DNA of 63,998 nucleotides, filler included, from an uncultured bacterium (GCA_964637655.1; 15 parts of 15 records of this genome joined end to end with filler, not necessarily neighbours in it), one strand, 5' to 3'. Positions 42,402 to 53,060 are shown, numbered from the whole stretch's first letter. The notes: generated by a model not told the origin, from the letters alone. Numbers and translations: made by a program.

Positions 42402-43402
42402 CCGCGTTCTGGCTGGCGCACCTCTGCACCATCTACGTTGCGCTGCTGCTCAACCTGCTGCTGGGGAACCCGCCGCACCCGCTGCACCCGGAACGCCTCG
42501 CGGGGGCGCTGGCCCGCCTGCGGGCGCGGCCGCTGGCAGGTGCTGACCGGGTGCGGCGCGGACAGCGCAGGCGCCTGCGGCTGGCCGGCGCGGTAGCGAC
42601 GCTGCTGGTGCTGCTCGCCACCGCCGCCCTTGCGTACGGACTGCTCGAATGGTGCGCGACCTTCGGTTTCTGGCCGCGCTTCACCGCGGGCACGCTGCTG
42701 CTGGCGCTCTGCCTCTACCGCCGCGAACTGCGCCGTGACGCGCTGCGCGTGCATGCCTGCCTGCAGGCGGGTGACCTGCCGCAGGCGCGGCAGCGCCTGT
42801 CGCTGCTCCTCGGGCGCAGCGTGAACGAACTCAACGAGCGGCAGACCATTCGCGCGACGGTCGAGAGTACCGCGGTGAGCGCGGGGGATGCGGTGTTCGG
42901 GCCGCTCTTGTTCTGCCTGCTCGGCGGCCCGGCGCTGGCGGTGGTCTACCGCATGCTGCTGGCGCTGCACCAGCAGTGGTCGCAACTCTCCGGGCGGATT
43001 GCCGAGTTCGGCTGGTTCGCCGCCCAGTGCGAGGAGTATGCCAATTATTTCCCCGCGCGTTTCGGGGGCGTGTTCCTGGCGCTCGGGACCCTGCTGCGGC
43101 GGCGCGGCACCGCGTTCTTTTCCCCGCGGCGGGCGCTCGACGTGATCGCCCGCGACGCGGTTTTCCATCCGCTTCCCAATGCCGGCTGGCTGACCGCAGC
43201 GGTGGCCGGGGCGCTGGGGGTGCAGTTGGGCGGCACCCACTACTTCGGGCCCGACCTTCCGGCGATCCCAAGCATCGGTGACGCCATGCGCGCGCTGCAC
43301 CGTGATGATATCGTGCGGGTCAACTACCTGGTCAGCACCGCCACCTTCCTGCTGGCGCTGCTGCTGCTCGGTTCGCTCTGGGTGATGCGCCGCTATTCGT
43401 AG
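42398..43402 (+). CDS. CobD/CbiB-family membrane protein (divergent)
   Basis: [33 protein letters not shown], multiple TM helices. Confidence 0.8.
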   Translation: MTAFWLAHLCTIYVALLLNLLLGNPPHPLHPERLAGALARLRARPLAGADRVRRGQRRRLRLAGAVATLLVLLATAALAYGLLEWCATFGFWPRFTAGTLLLALCLYRRELRRDALRVHACLQAGDLPQARQRLSLLLGRSVNELNERQTIRATVESTAVSAGDAVFGPLLFCLLGGPALAVVYRMLLALHQQWSQLSGRIAEFGWFAAQCEEYANYFPARFGGVFLALGTLLRRRGTAFFSPRRALDVIARDAVFHPLPNAGWLTAAVAGALGVQLGGTHYFGPDLPAIPSIGDAMRALHRDDIVRVNYLVSTATFLLALLLLGSLWVMRRYS

Positions 43403-44521
43403 CGCAGCGCTTCGACCGGGTCGAGTTTCGCCGCCACCCGCGCGGGCCAGACCCCGAAGATGACGCCGATGGCGATCGAGGTGACCGTCGAGATTTCGAT
43501 GGCGTAGAGCGGGACGATGGTGGTCCAGCCGGCGAATTGCGACACCCCGTAGGCGAGCGCGTAGCCGAAGCCGATGCCGAGCCCGCCGCCGGCGACCGAG
43601 ACGACCACCGCCTCGACGAGGAATTGCACGAGGATGTCGCCCTGCCGGGCGCCGACCGCCTTGCGGATGCCGATTTCCCGCGTGCGCTCGCGTACCGAGA
43701 CCAGCATGATGTTCATGATGCCGATGCCGCCGACCAGCAGCGACACCGCCGCCACGCCGCCGAGCAGCGCGGTGAACGCGCCGGTCACCTGGTTCATCGT
43801 TTCCAGCATCTCGGCCTGCGTGCGGATGTTGAAATCGGAGTCCATCCCCTCGCTCAGGCGGTGACGCGCCCGCAGCAGCCGCTCGATGTCCGCCTGCAGC
43901 ACGTCGCTGGCATACCCGTCCTGCGCCTGCACGGTGATGGTCGACAGGTAGTCACGCCCGGAAATCGCGCTCTGATGGGTGGTGTAGGGGATGACCAGCT
44001 GCTCGTCCGGATTGGCCCACCCCGCGTCCCCCTTGCTCTCCAGCACGCCAACGACGGTGAACGACAGCCCCTTGATCTGGAGGCGCTCACCCACCGGGTC
44101 GAGCCCGCCGAACAGCGTGGTGGCCACCTCGCTGCCGAGCACGGCCACCCGCCGCCGGGCGGCGACGTCGGCTTCGGTGAACAGCGTCCCGTTGGCCAGT
44201 TTGAAGTTGCGCGCGACGAAGTAGGCGGGCGAACTGCCGATGATGCTGGTGCTGGTGTTGGCGGCGAAGTACTTGACCTGCGCAGTGCCGGAGACCTCGG
44301 GGGCCACCGCGACCACGCCGGGGAGCAGCGCCAGCGCGGTGGCGTCATCGTTGCGCAGGGTGTCCCGCGCCCCGCCGTGCACCGGGCCGCGCACATTCGC
44401 CCCGGGACGGATGGTCAGCAGGTTGGTGCCCATCGCCTTGATCTGCGTTTCGACGCTCGCCCGCGCCCCTTCACCGAGCGAAATCATCGTTACCACCGCG
44501 CCCACTCCGATGATCATGCCC
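43393..44521 (-). CDS. MacB-family ABC transporter permease, 5'-truncated
   Basis: [50 protein letters not shown]. Confidence 0.95.
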
Positions 44522-44621
44522 NNNNNNNNNNNNNNNNNNNNNNNNNNNNNNNNNNNNNNNNNNNNTTAATTAATTAANNNNNNNNNNNNNNNNNNNNNNN
44601 NNNNNNNNNNNNNNNNNNNNN

Positions 44622-45023
44622 GACGACCAGCGCCTGGCGGACGGGCATATCGACGGCATTGGCGCCGCCGAGCAGCAGCGCGACGAGCAGGATATGCAGC
44701 GGGGTCACCGCACCGCTGAGCGTCAGGCAGCCGAGCACCAGCGCGGTGAGGGCGGAGACGAACTGCGTGAGCATGACCAGGCGGCGGCGGTCGTAGCGGT
44801 CGGCGAGCACGCCGACCGCGGGGGCGAAGAGAAAGGCGGGGAGCGTCTGCGCCACGGCGAGCAGGCCGAGCAGCGCACCCGAGCCCGTCAGGCGCCAGAC
44901 CAGCCACGCCTGCGCCACCTGCTGCAGCCAGGTGCCGATGAGCGAGATGGCCTGCCCCGAGAAGAAGAGGCGGTAATTGCGGTGGCGGAAGGCCCGCCAG
45001 AGGGTGCGGAAATAGGCGCGCAT
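44622..45023 (-). CDS. MFS transporter, N-terminal part
   Basis: RNYRLFFSGQAISLIGTW, GVLADRYDRRR (motif A). Confidence 0.92.
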
Positions 45024-45043
45024 GGCTGTCGTCCGGAAGCGCG

Positions 45044-45105
45044 AGCATACACCACCGCGCCGGCCGCGTCAAAAGGCGGCGGTGCCGTGCGCTTTCTGCT
45101 ATGAT
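45044..45105. promoter_or_regulatory. Divergent promoters
   Basis: Minus strand TTGACG-17-TATGCT (45044-45072); plus strand extended -10 TGCTATGAT (45097-45105), 6 nt before an ATG. Confidence 0.5.
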
Positions 45106-45111
45106 ACGCCC

Positions 45112-46563
45112 ATGCACAGGACGCGTCTGGACCTGCTTTGCGGACATCTGGCGTGGCTGGTGGTGGCGGGGGGCATTGCCCTGCGGCTGCGGCAGTACGC
45201 GGCCAACCTGTCGCTCTGGCTCGACGAGGCGATGCTGGTCAACAACGTGCTCGGGCGCGACTGGCAGACGCTGCTCACCGTGCCGCTGGCCGATGAGCAG
45301 GCGGCGCCGCTCGGGTTTCTCGCGGTGCTCAAACTGCTGGTGACGCTGCTGGGGGAGAGCGAACAGGTGCTGCGCCTCTGGCCGCTGACCGCGGCCTGCC
45401 TGGCGCTGCTGCTGCTGCCGCTGCTGCTGCGCCGCCTGCTGCCGCCGCTCCCCGCGCTCGCGGCGCTGACCATCATCACCTTTACCGGGACGAACGTGTT
45501 CTACGCGACGGCGGTCAAGCAGTACGCCGGCGACCTGCTCTGGACGGTGCTGCTGCTGCTGCCGGCGGTGTACGGACACCGTCGCGTGCTGCTGGCGGCG
45601 GCGCTGCTGGCGCCATGGTGCGCGCATCCCGCGCCGTTCATCGCCGGCGGCGTGGTGGCATGCCTGGCGCTGACCGTAGCGCGCCGCACGGCGCTGCTGA
45701 CCGGCGGACTGCTGCTGGCCAATGCCGCGCTCGCACTGCTGGCGCATCGCGCGCTGATGGCGCACAGCATGATCAGCGAAACCTGGGCGGCATACTACCT
45801 GGCAGTGCCGCGTGACGCTGCCGGGCTGCAGGCCTGCTGGCTGCTGCTGACGGAACTGCTGCAGCGGCTGACACCGTCGTGGCTGACGCTGCCGCTGCTG
45901 ACACTCGGCATGCTTGACCGCTGGCGGAAAGAGCGGGAACAGTTCATGCTGCTGGCGCTCCCGCTGCTGCTGCTGCTGGTTGCCTCGGCGCTGCATGTCT
46001 ATCCGCTCTATGGCCGGCTGGTGCTCTTTGTTTTTGTCCCGGCGGTGGTGCTCATGGCGCGCGGCGCGACGGTGTGTGCCGGGTGGCTGCCGGTGCGCCT
46101 GCGGACGGCAGCACTGTGCGGCCTGCTGCTGGCCGCGGGGTATGCCGGGGTGACACAGGGCATCAGCCGCAACCTCGAGCCGCGGTACATCGCCGAGCTG
46201 CGCCCGGTCATGGAAGAGTTGCGCCACCATGTGCGGGAAGGTGACGTTATTTGGGTGGCCAGTGAGACGCGCCAGGTCTACGAGTACTACGCCCGCCGGC
46301 TGGCATGGTATCCACCGGCGGTGAGCGGCCGGCAGGGGTACGCGCGCGCGGACTTCTATCCGGCTGCGCTGGCAGAGGTGCTGCCTGACCATCCGCGGGT
46401 CTGGATGGTCTTTGCCCAGGAGGCGGAGGAACTCGGGATGCAGCGCTTTCTGCATGACATACTGCCTGCCTGTAATACGGTGGGTCCGCAATGCGACCTG
46501 ATCACTGCGCACAACGCGCTGGCGGTATGTTTCTGCAACCCGGCATGGCCGGTGGCGCGGTGA
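45112..46563 (+). CDS. Multi-TM GT-C/ArnT-like glycosyltransferase
   Basis: SLWLDEA, QAAPLGF, VKQYA motifs; many TM helices. Confidence 0.7.
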   Translation: MHRTRLDLLCGHLAWLVVAGGIALRLRQYAANLSLWLDEAMLVNNVLGRDWQTLLTVPLADEQAAPLGFLAVLKLLVTLLGESEQVLRLWPLTAACLALLLLPLLLRRLLPPLPALAALTIITFTGTNVFYATAVKQYAGDLLWTVLLLLPAVYGHRRVLLAAALLAPWCAHPAPFIAGGVVACLALTVARRTALLTGGLLLANAALALLAHRALMAHSMISETWAAYYLAVPRDAAGLQACWLLLTELLQRLTPSWLTLPLLTLGMLDRWRKEREQFMLLALPLLLLLVASALHVYPLYGRLVLFVFVPAVVLMARGATVCAGWLPVRLRTAALCGLLLAAGYAGVTQGISRNLEPRYIAELRPVMEELRHHVREGDVIWVASETRQVYEYYARRLAWYPPAVSGRQGYARADFYPAALAEVLPDHPRVWMVFAQEAEELGMQRFLHDILPACNTVGPQCDLITAHNALAVCFCNPAWPVAR

Positions 46564-46618
46564 ACGTGCATCAGGGGTCCGGCCCGGTGCGTATAAAGAG
46601 ACAGCGGGGGCAGGCAGG

Positions 46619-46647
46619 TTGCGCCGCCGGGGCCGGTCAAGTAGAAT
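46619..46647 (+). promoter_or_regulatory. sigma70-type promoter for xseAB
   Basis: TTGCGC-17 nt-TAGAAT. Confidence 0.5.
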
Positions 46648-46665
46648 TGCGGGCAGGATAGACGG

Positions 46666-48258
46666 ATGCCAACGTATCTGAATGTACCTTTTCCCGAGAA
46701 GGACGAGGCCAAGCGCCTTGGCGCGCGCTGGGATGGCGCGCGGAAGCGATGGTTTGTCCCCGACGGGACCGACCTCGACCCGTTTGCCCGCTGGCTGCCG
46801 GTTGCCGAGGCGGGTGCGGCCCCGCTCTCCGAACCCGACAAGATCGTCGACCTCGGGCTCTTTCGCCAGCATGTCGAGGAGCAGCAGCAGGAGGAACGCG
46901 GGGTCGGGCTGCAGGCCTACCTCGCGGGTGTGGCGGAGGTGGTGCGCGAGTATGCGGGGCGTCCGCAGTGGATCCGCGCGGAGATCAGTTTCCTCTCGCA
47001 CAAAAAGCACCTGTACCTCGATCTCGTCGAGCATGATGCGAATCGTACGCAGGTTGCCTATGCCAAGGGTTGCATCTGGGCGTCGGACGTGGCGAAGTTG
47101 CAGAAAAAATTCCGCGACGGGACGGGGGGCGACCTTGCCGCCAATATCAAGGTGCTGGTGCTCGCGCGCGGGGAATTCCACCCGCGCTTCGGCTTTGCGC
47201 TGATCATCAGCGATATCGACCCGTCGTTCACCCTCGGCGACCTCGAGGCGAAACTGCGCGATATCCGCAACGCGCTGCACCAGGAAGGCATCTACGGCAA
47301 CAACCGCCTGCTGGCGGTACCCGAGGAGTTCACGCGTGTCGCGGTGATTGCCCCCGAGCAGGCGGCGGGACTGGGCGATTTCCGGCGTGAGGCGGACGCG
47401 CTGCAGCAGTACGGCCTGTGCGACTTCACCTACTTCTACGCGTGGTTCCAGGGTGAGGGGGCGGTGGCAAGCATCGCGCAGCAGTTCGAACTGGTGGTGG
47501 CCGCGCATAAAAAACAGCCGTTTGATGCGCTTATTGTCATCCGCGGCGGCGGGGCGAAAACCGACCTGGCGTGGCTCAACGACCTGACGCTGGCCCGGCA
47601 TATCTGCACCGCGCCGCTCCCGGTCTTCACCGGCATCGGGCATGAGCGCGACAACACCATTCTCGACGAGGTCTGCTGTCGCCGCTTCGACACGCCGTCC
47701 AAGACGGTGGCGTTTGTCGAGCAGGTGATTGTTACCAGCGCGCAGCAGGGGCTGGCGGACTGGAAATTCATCCGCAGCACCGCGCGCAATATCGTCAGCG
47801 AGACGCAGCGGCAGACGGAGAAGGCGGCGCGGACGGTGGCGGACGCGGCGCGCACCGCGCTCGAGCGCGCGCGGCAGGGGAGCGAACGCGCGGCGGCGAC
47901 CGTGCGCCGGCAGGCGCAGGTGCTGACCGAGCGCGCGGCGGGGATTATCGCGCGGCGGCGCGGCGAGGTGCTGGCGCAGGTGCGCCGGCGGCTTGACGCG
48001 GCGACGGAGCGGCTGGCGCGCTGGCGGCAGGATGTGGCGCGCGGCGCGGCGCGGCAGGTGGAGGCGGCGCAGCGCGAGGTGGACGCGCGCTGGCGGCTGG
48101 TTGAGGCGGTGCGCCCGGAACGCACGCTGCGGCGCGGCTTTGCCATCGTGCGCGCGGGAAAAAGTATTGTGGGGTCGCGTGACGCGGCGGCAAAACTGCC
48201 GCGATTTGACATCGAATTCCGCGACGGTCAGCTGACCGTGCGACCGGAGCAGGATTGA
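46666..48258 (+). CDS. xseA: Exodeoxyribonuclease VII large subunit with N-terminal DUF5710-like domain
   Basis: YLNVPFPEKDEAKRLGARWD...WFVP; OB fold; IRGGG..DL..ND, TGIGHERD, FDTPS, LRRGFAIV. Confidence 0.92.
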   Translation: MPTYLNVPFPEKDEAKRLGARWDGARKRWFVPDGTDLDPFARWLPVAEAGAAPLSEPDKIVDLGLFRQHVEEQQQEERGVGLQAYLAGVAEVVREYAGRPQWIRAEISFLSHKKHLYLDLVEHDANRTQVAYAKGCIWASDVAKLQKKFRDGTGGDLAANIKVLVLARGEFHPRFGFALIISDIDPSFTLGDLEAKLRDIRNALHQEGIYGNNRLLAVPEEFTRVAVIAPEQAAGLGDFRREADALQQYGLCDFTYFYAWFQGEGAVASIAQQFELVVAAHKKQPFDALIVIRGGGAKTDLAWLNDLTLARHICTAPLPVFTGIGHERDNTILDEVCCRRFDTPSKTVAFVEQVIVTSAQQGLADWKFIRSTARNIVSETQRQTEKAARTVADAARTALERARQGSERAAATVRRQAQVLTERAAGIIARRRGEVLAQVRRRLDAATERLARWRQDVARGAARQVEAAQREVDARWRLVEAVRPERTLRRGFAIVRAGKSIVGSRDAAAKLPRFDIEFRDGQLTVRPEQD

Positions 48259-48269
48259 GGAGGCTAATC

Positions 48270-48485
48270 ATGGTGAAACAGAACGCGGCGGAGAGCTTTT
48301 CCGCCAACTATCAGAAACTGCAGGCGGTGGCCGAGCAGCTGAGCGGGCAGGAGGACATCGACATCGATGCCCTCGTCCCCAAGGTGGATGAGGCGATGGC
48401 CGCCTACAAGGTCTGCAAGGAGCGCATCGAGAAGGTCAACCAGATGCTGCGCGAGCGCCTGCAGGACGAGGGGGAGGAAAAGTAA
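48270..48485 (+). CDS. xseB: Exodeoxyribonuclease VII small subunit
   Basis: SFSANYQKLQ...IDIDAL...CKERIEKV; GAGGAGG RBS; follows xseA. Confidence 0.88.
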   Translation: MVKQNAAESFSANYQKLQAVAEQLSGQEDIDIDALVPKVDEAMAAYKVCKERIEKVNQMLRERLQDEGEEK

Positions 48486-48739
48486 TGCCGATCTTCGAAT
48501 ACCAGTGCACCGCGTGCAGCGCGGTGACGGAAATCCTGCAGCTGGCGGGCGATGACACGAAGCCGAAGTGCGGCAAGTGCGGGAGCGGCAAACTGACGAA
48601 GATGTTTTCGCGTGCGGCCCAGCGCACGGGGAGCCTGCGCGACGGCTGTGCCTCGGCCGACAGCTGCGGCATGGGCAACAGTTGCGCCATGCAGGGCGGC
48701 GGCAGCAGCCCCTGTTGCGGCGGCGCCTGCAACCATTAA
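48485..48739 (+). CDS. FmdB-family zinc-ribbon protein
   Basis: MPIFEYQCTAC...CGKCGS and a Cys/Gly-rich tail. Confidence 0.9.
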   Translation: MPIFEYQCTACSAVTEILQLAGDDTKPKCGKCGSGKLTKMFSRAAQRTGSLRDGCASADSCGMGNSCAMQGGGSSPCCGGACNH

Positions 48740-48794
48740 CAGGTTGTTGAAAAACCCTCTTTGTGGCATGTGAATCGCATATATATGAGCAAAG
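48740..48794 (+). mobile_element. Probable insertion sequence end (IS1182/IS5-like) at contig end
   Basis: CAGGTTGTTGAAAAAC right after a stop codon, abrupt GC drop, ATGAGCAAA (MSK) and an assembly break. Confidence 0.5.
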
Positions 48795-48947
48795 NNNNNN
48801 NNNNNNNNNNNNNNNNNNNNNNNNNNNNNNNNNNNNNNTTAATTAATTAANNNNNNNNNNNNNNNNNNNNNNNNNNNNNNNNNNNNNNNNNNNNTCAAAG
48901 CTGAAAACCGGGAAGGCTAAAAAGTGACCGAGAACTCGGCACTCTCA

Positions 48948-48968
48948 AGACCCTGATTGTTACTAACT
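48948..48968 (+). repeat. 21-bp inverted repeat, downstream copy, overlapping the RAYT stop codon
   Basis: AGACCCTGATTGTTACTAACT is the exact reverse complement of 49841-49861. Confidence 0.92.
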
Positions 48969-49821
48969 ATTGTCCATGCCGGCTTGCCGCAAGTGTCACT
49001 GCCGCAGAGGTGCGGTTGAATATCCGTGCTATTGCGCCTGGTGAATACTTTTCCCGGTACAGTTTCGCCATGATACGCTGGCGCGCCTGCGCAATTTCCG
49101 CTTGTCTGGTTTTACCCTGCAATTCTGCCAGAGTTGCGCCTGACTCGCGCACCAGTTCCGCCACACGCTGCTCCAGTGTCTTACCTTTTCTCCGTTCGTT
49201 CGCCACCGGAACCGCTCTGCTGCGCCGTTCTACGCCCGCCAGGTCTGCCGGAGTGCCCACATACCTCTGAAAATATGGCGGCTCCGGAAAATCATCCATC
49301 GCCATGCGCCTCAGGTAGCGCCGTGTTCCTTCAGCCCCCTCGTAACCGGGCGCAACGTGGAACAATCCCGGCAGCATCAGTTCCCCGGAACGGTACGCTG
49401 CATCCGTTGACCATGCATATGCATCGGCCGAGGGGCATATTCCCGCACGGACAGGATTATTATGGATGTAGCCAACCAGTGTATCGAGATACTCCTGTTT
49501 CAGGACAAGCAATGACTTGAACCGGTTTTGAAAAACGTAGCCGGTCCGGTCGTATTTCTGGTTGAAGTAGATCCCGTAGCGGCAATGTACCGACCGGAAC
49601 ATTTCGCCAAGACGTTTCTGCCGGCGATTGACCAGCAGATGGACGTGATTCGGCATCAGGCAGTACCCGCCGATTACCGCCTGCCCTTTCAACACCTCAA
49701 CGAGGTGTTTCAGGTATACACGATAATCCTGAGCATCATAGAATATCATTCTGCGGTTATGACCGCGAGCGACAAGGTGATACCAGATATCTGGCAGGTC
49801 AATGCGTGCGTTCCTCGGCAA
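48967..49821 (-). mobile_element. REP-associated tyrosine (HUH Y1) transposase, RAYT-type, with C-terminal DnaA_C-like HTH
   Basis: MPR.ARI, YHLVARG.NR..IF, YCLMPNHVHLL, FQNRFKS, YIHNNPVRAG, WS; TTG start after an AGGAGG RBS. Confidence 0.9.
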
Positions 49822-49839
49822 AACCTTCCTCCTGTCCAG

Positions 49840-49886
49840 AAGTTAGTAACAATCAGGGTCTCCGTCCCTGTTTTTGTTACTAACTT
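49840..49886. repeat. Imperfect hairpin containing the upstream 21-bp repeat copy
   Basis: AAGTTAGTAACAATCAGGG-TCTCCGT-CCCTGTTTTTGTTACTAACTT, between the xfp stop and the RAYT RBS. Confidence 0.88.
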
Positions 49887-49887
49887 T

Positions 49888-52308
49888 TCAGTAGGGCCAG
49901 CGCCAGTTACGGATGGCGGGCATATCGATGCCGTGCTCGCGGATATACTGCTTATGCTCGAGGAGCTTATCATGAAGCAGGGTCTTGACGCGCGCTCCCT
50001 TCTGCTGCAGGGCAGGAACGCGATCGATAACGTCATCGGCGAGATTGAAACGGTCGAGTTCGTTCATCACCACCATATCGAACGGCGTGCTCGTCGTCCC
50101 CTCCTCCTTGTAGCCGCGCACGTGCATATTGGCGTGGTTTTTCCTCCGGTAGGTAAGGCGGTGAATCAGCCACGGGTAGCCGTGGAAAGCAAACACGATC
50201 GGCTTGTCGGTGGTAAAGAGCGCATCAAAATCAGCGTCGCTGATGCCATGGGAATGTTCGCCCGGCTGCTGCAGGGTCATCAGATCGACGACATTGATGA
50301 CGCGGATCTTCAGTTCCGGGAAGTGCTGCCGCAGGATATCGACCGCAGCGAGCGTCTCCATCGTCGGAACTTCACCCGCACAGGCCATAACCACGTCCGG
50401 GTCGCCGTCGTGTTCCGTCCCCGCCCAGTCCCAGATACCGATTCCCTTGGTGCAGTGCCTGATGGCCTCGTCCATGGTCAGATATTGCAGCGCCGGCTGT
50501 TTCCCCGCGACGATAACATTGACGTAATGCTTGCTGCGCAGGCAGTGGTCGGTAACCGAGAGCAGGGTATTGGCGTCGGGCGGCAGGTAGATGCGCACCA
50601 CTTCCGCCTTCTTGTTGGCGACATGGTCGATAAAGCCCGGATCCTGATGCGAAAACCCGTTATGGTCCTGCCGCCAGACATGCGAGGTGAGCAGATAGTT
50701 GAGCGACGCGATGGGACGCCGCCACGGGATATGGCGGGTCGTCTTCAGCCACTTGGCATGCTGGTTGAACATCGAGTCAATCAGATGGATGAACGCCTCG
50801 TAGCATGAGAAAAACCCGTGCCGTCCCGTCAGCAGGTACCCCTCGAGCCACCCCTGACAGGTATGCTCCGAGAGGATTTCCATGACGCGCCCGTCGGGCG
50901 ACAGGTGGTCATCCTCGGGGAGGCGCTGCGCCATCCACGTGCGGTCGGTCACCTTGAACAGTTCGCCGAGACGGTTCGATTCCGTTTCGTCGGGCCCCAC
51001 CACGCGGAAGTTGCGCTGCTTCGCATTGAGTTTCATCACGTCGCGCAGCAAGGCCCCCATGATGCGGGTTGCTTCCGCCTCGGTCGTTCCCGGTTTTGCC
51101 ACCTTGACCGCGTAATCGCGGAAGTCGGGCATGACCAGATCGCGCAGCAGCAGGCCGCCGTTGGCGTGCGGATTGGCGCTCATCCGGCGCGTCCCGGCCG
51201 GCGCCATCGCCGCGATCTCCGGCCTGAGCGCCCCGCTGCCGTCAAACAGTTCCTCCGGCTTATAGCTTTTCATCCACTGCTCGAGGAGGCGGATGTGGTC
51301 GGGCTTGGCCGCAAGTTCCGCCAGCGGCACCTGATGCGAGCGCCAGTAGTCCTCGGTTTTCTTCCCGTCGACTTCCTTCGGTCCCGTCCACCCCTTCGGC
51401 GTCTTGAAGATGATCAGCGGCCAGCGCGGGCGCACCGCCTTCTTTATCGCGCGCGCCTTCTTCTGGATGGCGCGGATCTCCTGCACCGCTTTTTCCAGCA
51501 CCGCCGCGCATTCCTGATGCAGTTTCTTCGGGTCGCGTCCCTCGACGTAATAGGGCTTGTAGCCATAGCCCTCGAAGAGTTTCGTCAGTTCGTCCCGACT
51601 GATCCGCGCCAGCAGCGTCGGATTGGCGATCTTGTAGCCGTTGAGGTGCAGGATGGGGAGCACCGCGCCGTCCGTGACGGGATTGAGGAACTTGTTGCTG
51701 TGCCACGATGCCGCCAGCGGCCCCGTTTCCGCCTCGCCGTCACCGACCACGCAGGCAACGATCAGGCCGGGATTGTCGAACGCCGCGCCGTAGGCATGGC
51801 TCACCGCGTAGCCGAGTTCGCCCCCTTCGTGGATGGAGCCGGGGGTCTCAGGCGCCACATGACTGGGGATGCCGCCCGGGAACGAAAACTGCTTGAACAG
51901 CCGCTGCAGCCCCTGCTCGCTCTGCCCGATCTGCGGATAGACCTCGCTGTAAGTCCCCTCGAGGTAGGCGGCGGCGACGAGCGACGGTCCGCCATGCCCC
52001 GGCCCGGTGATGTAGATCATGTTCAGGTCGAGTTTTTTGATCAGGCGGTTGAGATGCGCGTAGAGGAAGTTGAGGCCGGGCGAAGTCCCCCAGTGCCCGA
52101 GCAGGCGCGGCTTGATATGCTCGAGTTTCAGCGGCTCCTTGAGCAGGGGGTTGTCGAGCAGGTAGATCTGCCCGACGGAAAGGTAGTTGGCCGCGCGCCA
52201 CCACGCATCGATGAGACGCTGTTCCTCCGCCGACAGCGGCCCGCGCACCGCCTTCGTCGCCTTCCGTGCCACCGCCTTCTTCGCAACCCGCTTCGTACGC
52301 TGCGCCAT
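49888..52308 (-). CDS. xfp: Xylulose-5-P/fructose-6-P phosphoketolase
   Basis: [49 protein letters not shown]. Confidence 0.97.
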   Translation of the reverse strand: MAQRTKRVAKKAVARKATKAVRGPLSAEEQRLIDAWWRAANYLSVGQIYLLDNPLLKEPLKLEHIKPRLLGHWGTSPGLNFLYAHLNRLIKKLDLNMIYITGPGHGGPSLVAAAYLEGTYSEVYPQIGQSEQGLQRLFKQFSFPGGIPSHVAPETPGSIHEGGELGYAVSHAYGAAFDNPGLIVACVVGDGEAETGPLAASWHSNKFLNPVTDGAVLPILHLNGYKIANPTLLARISRDELTKLFEGYGYKPYYVEGRDPKKLHQECAAVLEKAVQEIRAIQKKARAIKKAVRPRWPLIIFKTPKGWTGPKEVDGKKTEDYWRSHQVPLAELAAKPDHIRLLEQWMKSYKPEELFDGSGALRPEIAAMAPAGTRRMSANPHANGGLLLRDLVMPDFRDYAVKVAKPGTTEAEATRIMGALLRDVMKLNAKQRNFRVVGPDETESNRLGELFKVTDRTWMAQRLPEDDHLSPDGRVMEILSEHTCQGWLEGYLLTGRHGFFSCYEAFIHLIDSMFNQHAKWLKTTRHIPWRRPIASLNYLLTSHVWRQDHNGFSHQDPGFIDHVANKKAEVVRIYLPPDANTLLSVTDHCLRSKHYVNVIVAGKQPALQYLTMDEAIRHCTKGIGIWDWAGTEHDGDPDVVMACAGEVPTMETLAAVDILRQHFPELKIRVINVVDLMTLQQPGEHSHGISDADFDALFTTDKPIVFAFHGYPWLIHRLTYRRKNHANMHVRGYKEEGTTSTPFDMVVMNELDRFNLADDVIDRVPALQQKGARVKTLLHDKLLEHKQYIREHGIDMPAIRNWRWPY

Positions 52309-52340
52309 AGCCGGCCTCCCCGGATATCAGTTGTCAGGCA

Positions 52341-52369
52341 AGTGTAGCATTACCCGCCCGCGCGGGCAA
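52341..52369 (-). promoter_or_regulatory. sigma70-type promoter for xfp
   Basis: TTGCCC-17 nt-TACACT with extended -10 TG; GGGAGG RBS. Confidence 0.55.
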
Positions 52370-52431
52370 TCAGACTTATTTGCTTGATACGCATCTGTTA
52401 TGCGTGATTCTGTGGCCAGTAAAACTTCATA

Positions 52432-52866
52432 CTATTTATTACTTCTACGAATTCGCGTTATGTTTTCTAGTGCATTTGTGTCACCGTTGGCTGCCGCCTT
52501 TTCGTACCAATACAATGCTTCAGAAATGTCCTTGGGGACGCCCGCACCAGTTTCATACCTCACACCGAGATTATTTTGACTGCCCGCATGTCCTTGATTC
52601 GCCGCCGCTCTACACCAACGGATTGCTTCAGCGTCATCTATCGATACTCCTTCGCCATTCTCGTACATAAGCGACAGGTTGTGCTGTGCTCTTGCATTTC
52701 CAGCCACAGCGGCTATGCGATACCATGCCGCCGCTTCAACAAAACTTTGTTCTACTCCATCTCCGTCATAGGTCATTTGCCCAAAACTACATATAGTTTC
52801 TGGATCTTTGAGGAGTTTCAGGTCTTTTTTTTTCTGTGCAAGTTCCGCTATATGATTTTGTGCCAT
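52432..52866 (-). CDS. Sel1-repeat protein (AT-rich)
   Basis: Three SLR units, e.g. AQHNLSLMYENGEGV...EAIRW and SQNNLGVRYETG.GV.KD..EALYWYEKAA; AGAGGA RBS. Confidence 0.92.
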   Translation of the reverse strand: MAQNHIAELAQKKKDLKLLKDPETICSFGQMTYDGDGVEQSFVEAAAWYRIAAVAGNARAQHNLSLMYENGEGVSIDDAEAIRWCRAAANQGHAGSQNNLGVRYETGAGVPKDISEALYWYEKAAANGDTNALENITRIRRSNK

Positions 52867-52886
52867 AATAAATTCCTCTTTAAAAG

Positions 52887-53060
52887 CTATACATTGCTCC
52901 TGCTTTTGATAAAATTCTTGAGGTCGTCCGGCTTAACCAGCCACTGTCCGATCTTGGTCGCGCGGATCTGTTTTTCACGGATAAGTTGCCGAATTCTATA
53001 TTCAGTAAGTCCCAGCTCTTTGGCAACTTGACGTACGGTCAAATAACCCTTGAGAAGCAT
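52887..53060 (-). CDS. Excisionase-like helix-turn-helix protein (57 aa)
   Basis: Manual translation MLLKGYLTVRQVAKELGLTEYRIRQLIREKQIRATKIGQWLVKPDDLKNFI. Confidence 0.85.
   Translation of the reverse strand: MLLKGYLTVRQVAKELGLTEYRIRQLIREKQIRATKIGQWLVKPDDLKNFIKSRSNV

Noticed and set aside
52376-52410. Integron attC site after the Sel1 gene (GCATAAC on the minus strand)
   Set aside because: No complementary GTTRRRY end or extended palindrome found
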